From positions 1-64,000 of the IMG/VR virus record IMGVR_UViG_3300014204_000122: 64,000 nucleotides of DNA. One strand, written 5' to 3'. Below, in pieces: positions 9,814 to 18,757 of this stretch; the stretch's first letter is position 1, and each line of letters opens with the position of its first letter. A model generated the notes under the pieces. The model ran no database searches, was not told the DNA's origin, and saw only the letters and a program-made list of their open reading frames with translations. This DNA comes from a virus. Taxonomy: Duplodnaviria; Caudoviricetes. The position numbers and the translations under genes were made by a program.

Positions 9814-10125
9814 ATGGAAGAAGATTTAAAAGGATCACAAGATCAATTAATTGAAGTAAGTATGACACACGAATTTATCAATAAAATTTTAGAAAGAGAG
9901 GGTGAAATTCCTGTTATCTTAGATAACTGTGTGTTAAACATTAGATCCAAAAGAAGTACTATTTATTTACTTTGGGGTGATACAGATTTTAATCAAAGAG
10001 CAATTGAAATATGTTATGCAGATAATCATAGTGAAATTATATACGGAGGTAAAGTAAATTCGGAACAAGAATTAGAAAAAATAATTTTAGATAGCTTAAA
10101 AATACAAAATAATGACAATAATTAA
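9814..10125 (+). CDS. hypothetical protein
   Basis: 103 aa ORF. Confidence 0.7.
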   Translation: MEEDLKGSQDQLIEVSMTHEFINKILEREGEIPVILDNCVLNIRSKRSTIYLLWGDTDFNQRAIEICYADNHSEIIYGGKVNSEQELEKIILDSLKIQNNDNN

Positions 10126-10345
10126 TTTAGTTTCAAAAAAAGTACAAGAGATTTTTGATTTTAACTATAAAGATGATTTTTGCAAACCTACCTTTATGAT
10201 TTCAAAAATGCAAGGAAAAGGATATGTTTTTACATTAATTCACAACTCTAAAGAAGAAGCTTACGATTATAGACAATCTGAGTTTATTAATTTAGATACA
10301 GATCTAAACGAATTGATAGAAGAACTATATCATAGAACCATGTAA
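10112..10345 (+). CDS. hypothetical protein
   Basis: 77 aa ORF. Confidence 0.65.
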   Translation: MTIINLVSKKVQEIFDFNYKDDFCKPTFMISKMQGKGYVFTLIHNSKEEAYDYRQSEFINLDTDLNELIEELYHRTM

Positions 10346-10357
10346 AAATAAAACAAA

Positions 10358-10606
10358 ATGACAGTATTAAATGAATTAATAAAAGAGTTTGAGAATATTA
10401 AAAATACACAGTGTAAAACATTACAAGAAGTTGTGTTTTTTGATGGTATTTTATCAATTATAGAATATCAGTATTTAAATAGAGAAAAAGAACAAATCAT
10501 TAATGCTTTTCTTGCTGGTAAAAAATTTATAGATGGTTTAAACTATGCACCTAATGCATCTAGAGATATTGCTGAAGAATGGTTTAAAAATAATTTTTCA
10601 ATTTAA
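10358..10606 (+). CDS. hypothetical protein
   Basis: 82 aa; EKEQIINAF-type motif frequent in phage small proteins. Confidence 0.7.
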   Translation: MTVLNELIKEFENIKNTQCKTLQEVVFFDGILSIIEYQYLNREKEQIINAFLAGKKFIDGLNYAPNASRDIAEEWFKNNFSI

Positions 10607-10638
10607 TTTGTTTGGTAAGATAATTATTCTTATTTTTA
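10607..10638 (+). promoter_or_regulatory. Bacteroidota-type -33/-7 promoter
   Basis: TTTG(10607)-N20-TATTTTTA(10631). Confidence 0.6.
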
Positions 10639-10787
10639 AACATTAAAATTAAATTAAAATGGCTGAAATTTATATTGAACAACAATTTATAAAAAACATT
10701 ATTACAGATAATACCTTTAATGTTTTGCAAGAAAACTTTAGTTGACTTTAAATGACAGTGAAATTCAAACATTTTTAATTTCCTACA

Positions 10788-10822
10788 ATTAAAATTAGTG
10801 AGTTATAGTCTCACTTTTAATT
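10788..10822 (+). terminator. putative hairpin terminator
   Basis: AGTGAG/CTCACT stem flanked by aattaaaa/ttttaatt. Confidence 0.4.
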
Positions 10823-10832
10823 AAATCTCTTG

Positions 10833-10915
10833 TTTTTCTTTAATTTAAAAGAGTTATTTTGCTTTTCTATATATTTCCTTATTTTAAATAAATAATCTTT
10901 TAAATCAAAGAAAAA
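10833..10915. repeat. long imperfect inverted repeat (about 26 bp arms, 30 nt spacer)
   Basis: tttttctttaatttaaaagagttattt ... aaataatcttttaaatcaaagaaaaa. Confidence 0.75.
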
Positions 10916-10918
10916 TAA

Positions 10919-10950
10919 CTTGTTTGGTAATAAAATTATTTATATCTTTA
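10919..10950 (+). promoter_or_regulatory. Bacteroidota-type -33/-7 promoter
   Basis: CTTG(10919)-N20-TATCTTTA(10943), upstream of 10982. Confidence 0.55.
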
Positions 10951-10981
10951 AACTTTAAAAAAAAATAAATTATTAAATATT

Positions 10982-11401
10982 ATGAAAGCAATAGTTAAAC
11001 TTGCAATTGAAGAATATCAATGTTCTGGATGTGTAATTGGTGGTAATGTTCAATGTTATGAAAAAAACAGTTTAAGTGGTATTGGCTGTGGTAAACATTT
11101 TGCAGGAACCGAAAGTCCTGGAATAGGTAAATTCTTTTTAGGCATGCCAAAAGGTTTTAATAGGCTAGGGTTATATACTAACTTAAAACCAAATATTTAT
11201 GAAACTTACGAGAGTTCAGATTGGAAATATAATATGTGGAATATACCAGCTTGGAAACATCTATCAAAAGAAGGACACACTTTTGTTAGAGGAATTATTC
11301 CAAGAAAAAATGAACCTTTTATTCATGTTTTTTTAGAAAATTGTCTTGATAAAATTAATTGTCTTGAAATTACCCAAGAGAATGTTGATTTTATGAATTA
11401 A
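10982..11401 (+). CDS. hypothetical Cys-containing protein
   Basis: 139 aa ORF; CxxC...C...CxxH. Confidence 0.75.
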   Translation: MKAIVKLAIEEYQCSGCVIGGNVQCYEKNSLSGIGCGKHFAGTESPGIGKFFLGMPKGFNRLGLYTNLKPNIYETYESSDWKYNMWNIPAWKHLSKEGHTFVRGIIPRKNEPFIHVFLENCLDKINCLEITQENVDFMN

Positions 11402-11426
11402 TTAAATTAAACAATAAATAGTTAAA

Positions 11427-11642
11427 ATGGAAGATATTAAATTAGCTCAAATAATTGTTTGTAAATGTGGTGCAACAATTGCTGCGTGTATAGAACCTGA
11501 ATGTTATGTAGATAAGGATTGGCAAAAAGATGTTAGAAAATATACCAAAAAAGGTTATCTTATCAAAACTATTAATAAAAATGATGTGCAATTTGGTAGA
11601 TGTACTTGTAAAATTGAAAGTAGTCTTTTCCCTATTTTATAA
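11427..11642 (+). CDS. small zinc-binding hypothetical protein
   Basis: CKCG...CTC. Confidence 0.65.
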   Translation: MEDIKLAQIIVCKCGATIAACIEPECYVDKDWQKDVRKYTKKGYLIKTINKNDVQFGRCTCKIESSLFPIL

Positions 11643-11681
11643 AAATAATAGTAGAAATATATATGTTAAAATTTTAAAATC

Positions 11682-11858
11682 ATGAAAAAAAATTTAATCC
11701 TTTATATAGTTGTTGCAATAGTTGCCACACTTTGTTTTATATTTCAAGACTTATTCTCTAAAGAATTATGTTGTATTGTTTTCTACATTTTAGGAGCAAT
11801 TACTTGTTATTTTTCAATTAAAACTGTTGACAAAATATTTGAAAAGAAAGAAAAATAA
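11682..11858 (+). CDS. small two-TM membrane protein (not in ORF track)
   Basis: 58 aa MKKNLILYIVVAIVATLCFIFQ...; stop overlaps the next start (TAATG). Confidence 0.65.
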   Translation: MKKNLILYIVVAIVATLCFIFQDLFSKELCCIVFYILGAITCYFSIKTVDKIFEKKEK

Positions 11859-12211
11859 TGGATATTTATAAAGAAATTAAAAAACTAAGAGAACAAAATG
11901 TTTTTATAACATTTATTCCTGAATATTATGATGATGGCGTAAACTATAACTTTCAAATAAGATTTTTTGAAGATAAGTTTACAACCATGAGTTATGGAGA
12001 TAATCATGAATATGGAGAAGTGGAAGATGTAATAGTTGCTTCTATTAAATTTGCAAATTTTATGTTATCAAAACCAGAATATTTAAAATATTATTTTTTT
12101 AGATTTGATGATTCCAAATCAAGAGAAGAAAATACTAAAGAATATTTATATAGCAACAAAATTAAAGAAGAAATTCATAGTTTTATTTACACCAAATTAA
12201 TAAAAAAATAA
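11858..12211 (+). CDS. hypothetical protein
   Basis: 117 aa ORF. Confidence 0.7.
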   Translation: MDIYKEIKKLREQNVFITFIPEYYDDGVNYNFQIRFFEDKFTTMSYGDNHEYGEVEDVIVASIKFANFMLSKPEYLKYYFFRFDDSKSREENTKEYLYSNKIKEEIHSFIYTKLIKK

Positions 12212-13050
12212 TGATTTACAATATAATTATACAAACTTTAGTTTTTTTACTTGGAGTTTCAAGTATTTGGTTTATAGGAAGAAAAGAAAAATGGAGTAGA
12301 TGGGGTTATGTTTTTGGAATATTAGCTCAACCTTTATGGGTATATATTTCAATTATAGAAGAACAATGGGGTATTTTAGTTCTTTCTGTTTTTTATTTTT
12401 ATTCATGGGGACAAGGAATATATAATTATTGGATTAAAAAAGAAAATAAAAATATTACTTTAACGAAAAATCCTAATTGTGAAAACTATCTTTTTTTAGA
12501 TATAGATGGAGTTATTGCAACACCAGATACTTTAAATGGCGGAATGTGGGGTTTAACACCTGAAAAACAAGATTTATTAGCAATTATTTTAGAAAAAACA
12601 GATGCAAAAATAGTATTAAGTTCTTCATGGAGAAAACATACTTTGGAAGATACTATTAAATATATGGATAAAGAAGGGTTTAGATTTAGTGATAAAATTA
12701 TTGGAATTACTATTAGAGCTTATCATTATATTGAAAAAGGAGTTCACTTATCAATTCCTAGGGGTGTTGAAATTAAGCAATGGCTTGATACTCATGCAAC
12801 TTACCCTTGGTATGCTTATCCTGAGAGAAAAGAAGAATTTAAAATATATAATGAAAAAGGAGAATTTAAAATAATGAAATCTCAAATATTAGGAGTTGAT
12901 TATAATTATGTTATTTTAGATGATGATACTGATATGTTGTTAGAACACAAAGATCATTATGTTAATTGTAATTCAGAAGAAGGGTTAACTATGAAAAACG
13001 TTAATAAAGCAATTGAAATTCTTTTATTAAAAAAAACAAATAAAATATAA
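12211..13050 (+). CDS. PnuC-like membrane domain fused to a HAD phosphatase (Swiss-Army-Knife RNA-repair type)
   Basis: Three hydrophobic helices (RWGYVFGILAQPLWVY), then FLDIDGV, LSSSWR, RGVEI and YVILDDD. Confidence 0.75.
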   Translation: MIYNIIIQTLVFLLGVSSIWFIGRKEKWSRWGYVFGILAQPLWVYISIIEEQWGILVLSVFYFYSWGQGIYNYWIKKENKNITLTKNPNCENYLFLDIDGVIATPDTLNGGMWGLTPEKQDLLAIILEKTDAKIVLSSSWRKHTLEDTIKYMDKEGFRFSDKIIGITIRAYHYIEKGVHLSIPRGVEIKQWLDTHATYPWYAYPERKEEFKIYNEKGEFKIMKSQILGVDYNYVILDDDTDMLLEHKDHYVNCNSEEGLTMKNVNKAIEILLLKKTNKI

Positions 13051-13053
13051 GCG

Positions 13054-13335
13054 ATGAAAAAAATCATAATATTAATTTTAGGGTTAACTTTATGTTCTCT
13101 AAATGGTTTTTCACAGGAAAAATTAAAATTTAATTTAGAAAATAGTTATTTAGATACCAAAAATAGAATTTTATATACAGATAGTACTAAATATACAATT
13201 TTAATTCAAGAAAGACTTCACAATGGATATTTTAGAATGTTATTATTTAAAGATAACACTTATTATGATTGTATTTTTAGTAAAGGAAATATTAAAAATA
13301 GACCATTCTTATATATAGTTTTTTTAAATAAATAA
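13054..13335 (+). CDS. secreted hypothetical protein
   Basis: Signal peptide MKKIIILILGLTLCSLNGFS followed by Q. Confidence 0.65.
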   Translation: MKKIIILILGLTLCSLNGFSQEKLKFNLENSYLDTKNRILYTDSTKYTILIQERLHNGYFRMLLFKDNTYYDCIFSKGNIKNRPFLYIVFLNK

Positions 13336-13369
13336 AACAAAAAAGTTTTCTAAATTTTGCTAGTAAATT

Positions 13370-13441
13370 TTAACTCTAACAAGTTATTTTAATCTTCTTG
13401 TATATTGTTATAGTTGTTTTAAAATAACTTGTTAGAGTTAA
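13370..13441. repeat. perfect 23 bp inverted repeat with 26 nt spacer, between convergent genes
   Basis: ttaactctaacaagttattttaa / ttaaaataacttgttagagttaa. Confidence 0.9.
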
Positions 13442-13453
13442 GGGAAAAACTAT

Positions 13454-14704
13454 TTAAATTACAATTTTCATAATCAACTCACTGTTTTTCATTTTCATAG
13501 CTGATTTGGCATTATAAGCTTCTAATTCTTTTTGAATTGGATATCCTTCATAACCTTCTACATCTTGCAAATCTACTTTAATAGAATCTATTTCACCATT
13601 ATCGTATTGTATATGAATATTTTGACTAGCTCTGGAAGTTAACATTAATCCATTTTCTGAATAAGAATTACTACCTACTGTACTGCTACTTCTTGCATAC
13701 ATATCAGCAATTTGAGCTTCATGTATGTGCCCAAATATAATAAATCTAATATTAATTCCTTTATCTGAATATAACCTAACAAGTTTAGATACTGCTTGTG
13801 TTGTACTAGCTCCAAATCCTTGTTGGTGACCATGAATTAATAGCCAATGATATCCGCAAATATCTATTACTTTCATTAATTCGTCTCCTCCCCCAAAAGT
13901 AATTCCTTCCATACCATTCATGTGATATTCAAGAATTCTGTATATAGTTAAATCATAATTATCACTAGCCATTTGGTGTTGCCAAGCAACATCTTTACCT
14001 ACTCTTGATTCATTACCACAAACACTAACTATTGATACATTAAAATGTTTATTTAAATCAACAATAAGATTTTCCAGAATTTGAACTGCTAAAAACGTTG
14101 CTTTACTTCTATTTGTAGCATTTGATACTAATTCATCAAGTCTTCTATCACTATTGAGTAAATCGCCTGTTAGAGCTAAAACAACAGTAGTTACATTCTT
14201 ACTTAAAAAATATTCTTTAGATTTTAAAACTAACTTCTCCATTCTTTTAGAAGCTACCGTAAAATCATATTTATTATTAACTAATTCTACTAATTCGTTA
14301 AAGTGTGTATCAGATAATTGTAATACTCCTACTGCTTTTTGATTAACAAAATTATGTTTTGTCGTTTTTATTTGTAAAGGGTTTTCATCAAATATTTTAC
14401 ATAATTGTTCTACGTAAGAATCTACTGCATTTTCCACTCTTGCATATTCTCTGAACGATTTTCTTTCTATTCGATTAATATCTTGAAATTTTTGTGTTTG
14501 TTTTTTATTTCTTACAGAAGACTCTACTAATTCAACGTCTGTTTCAAACAAACCTTGTAATTCTTCTAAATTATTAACGATAGCTTTATATATTCTTGCT
14601 TCTTCGTCTGTTGTATCGTAATATTCTTGAATTTTTGCTCTTGATGACCTATAGGATTCTGGTCCTTGTAAAATTTCTTTTAGTAACTCTTTGTCTACTT
14701 TCAT
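13454..14704 (-). CDS. metallophosphoesterase with N-terminal helical extension
   Basis: LSDTHF, TGDLL, CGNE, IHGH and FGHIH motifs. Confidence 0.85.
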   Translation of the reverse strand: MKVDKELLKEILQGPESYRSSRAKIQEYYDTTDEEARIYKAIVNNLEELQGLFETDVELVESSVRNKKQTQKFQDINRIERKSFREYARVENAVDSYVEQLCKIFDENPLQIKTTKHNFVNQKAVGVLQLSDTHFNELVELVNNKYDFTVASKRMEKLVLKSKEYFLSKNVTTVVLALTGDLLNSDRRLDELVSNATNRSKATFLAVQILENLIVDLNKHFNVSIVSVCGNESRVGKDVAWQHQMASDNYDLTIYRILEYHMNGMEGITFGGGDELMKVIDICGYHWLLIHGHQQGFGASTTQAVSKLVRLYSDKGINIRFIIFGHIHEAQIADMYARSSSTVGSNSYSENGLMLTSRASQNIHIQYDNGEIDSIKVDLQDVEGYEGYPIQKELEAYNAKSAMKMKNSELIMKIVI

Positions 14705-14758
14705 TTTTTAAGTATTAGTTAATAACTAGTCTTTTAAATAAATACATTCATTTAAAAT

Positions 14759-14819
14759 ATATGTTTAAAATAAGAAAAAAAATATTAAAATTATTAGAAA
14801 TTTCTTATTTTAAACATAT
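14759..14819. promoter_or_regulatory. symmetric divergent promoter/operator (perfect 19 bp inverted repeat)
   Basis: atatgtttaaaataagaaa-N23-tttcttattttaaacatat between divergent genes. Confidence 0.6.
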
Positions 14820-15663
14820 GAAACAATTAATTAACAAAGCGGATTTGTATTACAAAGAAAATTTATCCCAAATTCTTAGTAATGGTTCTTTAGATAAGAA
14901 TCCACGCGCAAAATATAAAGATGGGACACCTGCACATAGTAAATTTATAACTAGCGTATTTGAAATCTATGATATAGCAAAGGGTGAGTTTCCTATACCT
15001 ACTTTAAGAAATACAGCTATCAAAACAGGAATTAAGGAAATATTTTGGATTTATCAAAAACAAAGTAATTCTTTGCAAGACGCTCACGATTTAGGAATTA
15101 ATTGGTGGGATGAATGGGATATTGGAGATGGAACTATTGGTAATAGATATGGATATGTTGTAAAAAAATATAATCTTATAGGAGAATTATTGTCAGGCTT
15201 AATATCTAATCCTTTTGGAAGAAGACATATTATTACTCTATATCAATACGAAGATTTAAGAAGTTCTAAAGGTCTAGATCCTTGTGCTTATGAAACTTTA
15301 TGGTCAGTTAGATCAGAAGGAAAAGAATTAATTTTAGATATGACTTTAATTCAAAGAAGTAATGACTACTTAGTTTCTGGATATATTAATAAAATACAAT
15401 ACGTAGCTTTACAAATGATGGTTGCCAGACATTGTTCAATGAAAGTAGGTAAATTTAATCATTATGTTAACAATTTACATATTTATGATAGACATTATGA
15501 TGCTGCAAACGAAGTATTATTAAGGGATTCGTTAGAGTTACAACCATCGATTAAATTAGATAATAAAAATAATTCTTTTTATAATTTTAATATAGAGAAT
15601 TTTTCTATTCATAATATAGAAAATATACAAAAAATAAAATCTCCTTTAGATTTAGCTATCTAA
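14818..15663 (+). CDS. thyA: thymidylate synthase ThyA
   Basis: GRRHII, PCAY, QRSND, N and HIYDRH catalytic motifs; start at ATG 14818 preferred over 14761. Confidence 0.93.
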   Translation: MKQLINKADLYYKENLSQILSNGSLDKNPRAKYKDGTPAHSKFITSVFEIYDIAKGEFPIPTLRNTAIKTGIKEIFWIYQKQSNSLQDAHDLGINWWDEWDIGDGTIGNRYGYVVKKYNLIGELLSGLISNPFGRRHIITLYQYEDLRSSKGLDPCAYETLWSVRSEGKELILDMTLIQRSNDYLVSGYINKIQYVALQMMVARHCSMKVGKFNHYVNNLHIYDRHYDAANEVLLRDSLELQPSIKLDNKNNSFYNFNIENFSIHNIENIQKIKSPLDLAI

Positions 15664-15959
15664 TGATTGTAACTATCTCTTCTTTAAAAGAATACAAATT
15701 TGATAATTGTAAAAATAAAAATCCTTTGCCCTTTGATTTTTATTTACCAGAACATAATATTTGTATAGAATTTGATGGAGAACAACATTTCAAATCCATT
15801 AGTTATTTTGGTGGAGAAAAAGGATTTAAAAATACTCAAAAAAACGATTTAATCAAAACTAGTTATTGTAAAGAAAATAACATTAAGTTGATTAGAATAA
15901 ATTATTTAGAGTTTAAAAAAATTGAAGAAATTTTAAATAAAAATCTTGTTAATGTGTAG
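15663..15959 (+). CDS. stand-alone PD-(D/E)XK/Vsr-like nuclease domain, duplicate of the next gene's C-terminus
   Basis: LPFDFYL...IEFDGEQH...D..K..YC...I.LIRI. Confidence 0.7.
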   Translation: MIVTISSLKEYKFDNCKNKNPLPFDFYLPEHNICIEFDGEQHFKSISYFGGEKGFKNTQKNDLIKTSYCKENNIKLIRINYLEFKKIEEILNKNLVNV

Positions 15960-16857
15960 AAAAATGACAAATTCTGAAGTAATTCAGAAAGCTAATCTTA
16001 TTCATAATAACTTTTATGACTATTCTTTGTTTGATTATCAAGGAATGAATATTAAAACTAAAATAATATGTCCTATACATGGGGTATTTGAACAAACACC
16101 AAATAATCACATTCACAATAAACAAGTATGTTTAAAATGTTGTAATTCTAAAAAAACTTTGACAAAAGAAAAATTTATAGAAAGATCAAACGTTATTTAT
16201 GATAATTTTTACGATTATTCTTTAGTTGTTTATAAAAATTGTTATACTAAAGTTAAGATAATATGTCCTATACATGGTATTTTTATGCAGACACCAAATG
16301 CTCATCTAGCAAAAAATAAATGTTTAAAGTGTAGTTATGAAGAAAAAAGACAAACATTACAAGAATTTATAAATAAAGCAAATATTATTCATGATAATTT
16401 TTATGATTATTCTTTAGTTAATAACCTTAAACCAAAATATAAAATTAAAATAATATGTCCCAATCATGAAGTTTTTAAACAATTGCCAAGTGCTCATCTA
16501 GCTGGAAATGGATGTCCTAAATGCAAATCTTCTAAAGGTGAAATTAAAATTAGAAATTTTTTAATAGATAATAATATAAATTTTAAAGAACAATATAAGT
16601 TTAAAAAATGTAGAAACCAAAGAGTTTTAATTTTTGATTTTTATTTAACAGATTTAAATATATGCATAGAATTTGATGGTATACAACATTTCAAATCCAT
16701 TAGTTATTTTAGTGGAGAAAAAGGATTTAAAAAAACCAAAATAAATGATTTAATTAAAACTAATTACTGTAAAGAAAATAATATTAAATTGATTAGAATA
16801 AATTATTTAGAATTCAATAATATTATAAATATTTTAAATAATGAACTAAATATTTAA
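15946..16857 (+). CDS. putative homing endonuclease (three DUF723-like Zn-ribbon repeats plus Vsr-like nuclease)
   Basis: Three YDYSL..KIICPxH.F.Q.P..H...C..C repeats; FDFYL/IEFDGIQH C-terminus. Confidence 0.8.
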   Translation: MLMCRKMTNSEVIQKANLIHNNFYDYSLFDYQGMNIKTKIICPIHGVFEQTPNNHIHNKQVCLKCCNSKKTLTKEKFIERSNVIYDNFYDYSLVVYKNCYTKVKIICPIHGIFMQTPNAHLAKNKCLKCSYEEKRQTLQEFINKANIIHDNFYDYSLVNNLKPKYKIKIICPNHEVFKQLPSAHLAGNGCPKCKSSKGEIKIRNFLIDNNINFKEQYKFKKCRNQRVLIFDFYLTDLNICIEFDGIQHFKSISYFSGEKGFKKTKINDLIKTNYCKENNIKLIRINYLEFNNIINILNNELNI

Positions 16858-16891
16858 AAAAAGGAAATTTAAATAAATAAATTTCCTTTTT
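16856..16891. terminator. bidirectional intrinsic terminator
   Basis: aaaaaggaaattt ... aaatttccttttt hairpin between convergent genes. Confidence 0.7.
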
Positions 16892-16901
16892 AAATTAATA
16901 G

Positions 16902-17078
16902 TTATTTTTTCTTTCCATATAATAACTTAAGATTTTCTTGTGTCATTTTTAACCAATCTCTTCTTTTTTTTATTGGCATTCTTAAAGCAGATTGATAATC
17001 TAATCTACCCCAAAATACTAAAAAGTTTATTGACTTGATTAAATACTCACTATAACTCTTTAAATTCAGGCCAAAAAA
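16902..17078 (-). CDS. frameshift-accessed extension of the tail assembly protein (gp51/GT-like)
   Basis: Open +1 frame FFGLNLKSYSEYLIKSINFLVFWGRLDYQSALRMPIKKRRDWLKMTQENLKLLYGKKK, starting at the T7 run. Confidence 0.7.
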   Translation of the reverse strand, partial: FFGLNLKSYSEYLIKSINFLVFWGRLDYQSALRMPIKKRRDWLKMTQENLKLLYGKKK

Positions 17079-17955
17079 AGTAAATACTCATTGGCATCCT
17101 CATATCCTCCTCTATATGAGCACAAACAGGACATTCAAAAGTTTTTCTAGTATCTGCAATTAATGAAATATCTTTTATTTTTTTAATTATATAACGAGAA
17201 TCTACAATAGGTAAAGGTTTCCCGTTATTTCCCTTATTTAACCAAACTAATAATTCATCTATACCTTTATATTCTTTTCCTTCATTATCATAAGCTACTT
17301 CAATAGAAGCAAGTAATCGACCTGTCATAATATAATCTGCAGACGATGCTTTTTTAGGATTTTTTGCTAAATTTTCTTTACGTTTTTTAAGAAACTTATT
17401 TACTTTATTTTCTTTACCAATAGTAGCAACTGTGATTTTACATTTTAATTGAGAAATAGGTAATAAAATTTCTACGTTTCCGTTAGCTCTAATTTCACCA
17501 GCATATTCTTCTGGGAGATCAGGCATTTCGAATTCAGCTAAATCCCAGGTTAAATTATACTTATGTTTACATTCTTTATCACTACAAACATGAGGAATTT
17601 GATATTCAGTCCCAAAAGCACCTATTCTTAACCACCATATGATAGTATCTCTATCAATAGGAACCAAATCTTCAGTTTGAAAACCATTTTCATCTACAAT
17701 AGTTTGTTTAAGCATTTCATCAAATAAAGTACCATTATCATAATATGATTTAGTTACTAAAAGATCCTCATCAGTCCAATTTAATTTTCTAACTTTTAAC
17801 TTATCAAGATCTTTATATTTACCTTTATAAAATACCCCTTGTGAAGGCAATGTTACATACTCTGCTTCATCATCAACACTACTGTTGCTATTAGTTGGAG
17901 TTATCCCTGGAGATGATCCTCCTTGTTCTGTCATTTTTAAAATTTCTTCTTCCAT
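17050..17955 (-). CDS. T4 gp26-like baseplate hub / tail assembly chaperone
   Basis: VTLPSQG.FY, DEDLL, LRIGAFG, two CxxC-type motifs and a C-terminal FFWP. Confidence 0.8.
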   Translation of the reverse strand: MEEEILKMTEQGGSSPGITPTNSNSSVDDEAEYVTLPSQGVFYKGKYKDLDKLKVRKLNWTDEDLLVTKSYYDNGTLFDEMLKQTIVDENGFQTEDLVPIDRDTIIWWLRIGAFGTEYQIPHVCSDKECKHKYNLTWDLAEFEMPDLPEEYAGEIRANGNVEILLPISQLKCKITVATIGKENKVNKFLKKRKENLAKNPKKASSADYIMTGRLLASIEVAYDNEGKEYKGIDELLVWLNKGNNGKPLPIVDSRYIIKKIKDISLIADTRKTFECPVCAHIEEDMRMPMSIYFFWPEFKEL

Positions 17956-18034
17956 TGTTTATTTGTTTTATTTTTAACTAAATATAATAAAATACATCTG
18001 TTTTTTATATTTATAATAAAATAAGAAATTTCAA

Positions 18035-18748
18035 ATGAATATTAACATATTAATAGAAAAATTAGAGAAGCTTACTAATAAAATAGTAATGTTGGAAGAG
18101 GATAACGAGGTTGTTTATTCAAAATATATTAAACCTATTAAAATAGATGAACGTATTAAAAAATTTATTATTAAGATAGATGATGATAAAAAAGAATTAG
18201 TTTACTTATATGATACTAAAAATGATATAGTTAATTATCTTAGAAAAACATATCCTGATTATAATTTAATAAAGCAAGAACATATTGATTATATACAGCA
18301 ATTCATTACTATTAATGGCAATGAATTAACTTTTAAAGGTGATGTTAGACCACTCGAATTAAAAACCTTTGAAACATATTATAAAAATCATATTATTAAT
18401 GTTGAGGGTAATGTTTTTTTTAACAATGAAAAATTAAAAGAAATACCTATACAATTTGGTTATGTAAAAGGTAATTTTCATTGCTATTATAACCAACTAA
18501 CATCATTAATTGGGTGTCCTGAATTAGTAGGCGATGATTTTAGTTGTGATAATAACCAACTAACATCATTAGAGGGTTGTTCTAAAAAAATAGGAGGTAA
18601 TTTTCATTGTGATAATAACCAACTAACATCATTAATTGGTTGTCCTAAAAAAATAGAAGGTAGTTTTTGGTGTAGAAATAATTCTAAACAATTTACAGAA
18701 GATGAAATAAGAGAATTATGTAAAATTGGTGGAAAAATTTATATTTAA
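18035..18748 (+). CDS. LIEKLEK-leader family protein with LRR-like repeats
   Basis: Leader plus three 22-aa repeats of the form NQLTSLxGCPxxxxGxFxC. Confidence 0.8.
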   Translation: MNINILIEKLEKLTNKIVMLEEDNEVVYSKYIKPIKIDERIKKFIIKIDDDKKELVYLYDTKNDIVNYLRKTYPDYNLIKQEHIDYIQQFITINGNELTFKGDVRPLELKTFETYYKNHIINVEGNVFFNNEKLKEIPIQFGYVKGNFHCYYNQLTSLIGCPELVGDDFSCDNNQLTSLEGCSKKIGGNFHCDNNQLTSLIGCPKKIEGSFWCRNNSKQFTEDEIRELCKIGGKIYI

Positions 18749-18750
18749 AA
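18691..18750 (+). repeat. 60 bp direct repeat, copy 1 (3' end of the LRR-like gene)
   Basis: 50/60 nt identical to 21481..21540. Confidence 0.8.
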
Positions 18751-18757
18751 TTAAAAA

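Noticed and set aside
14761-14817. N-terminal extension of ThyA from ATG 14761
   Set aside because: It spans the palindromic regulatory element and is low-complexity K/I/L sequence; ATG 14818 fits better.
15732-16812. Duplicated nuclease segment as a diversity-generating retroelement TR/VR pair
   Set aside because: Differences include many C/T synonymous changes rather than adenine-specific ones, and no reverse transcriptase is present in the window.
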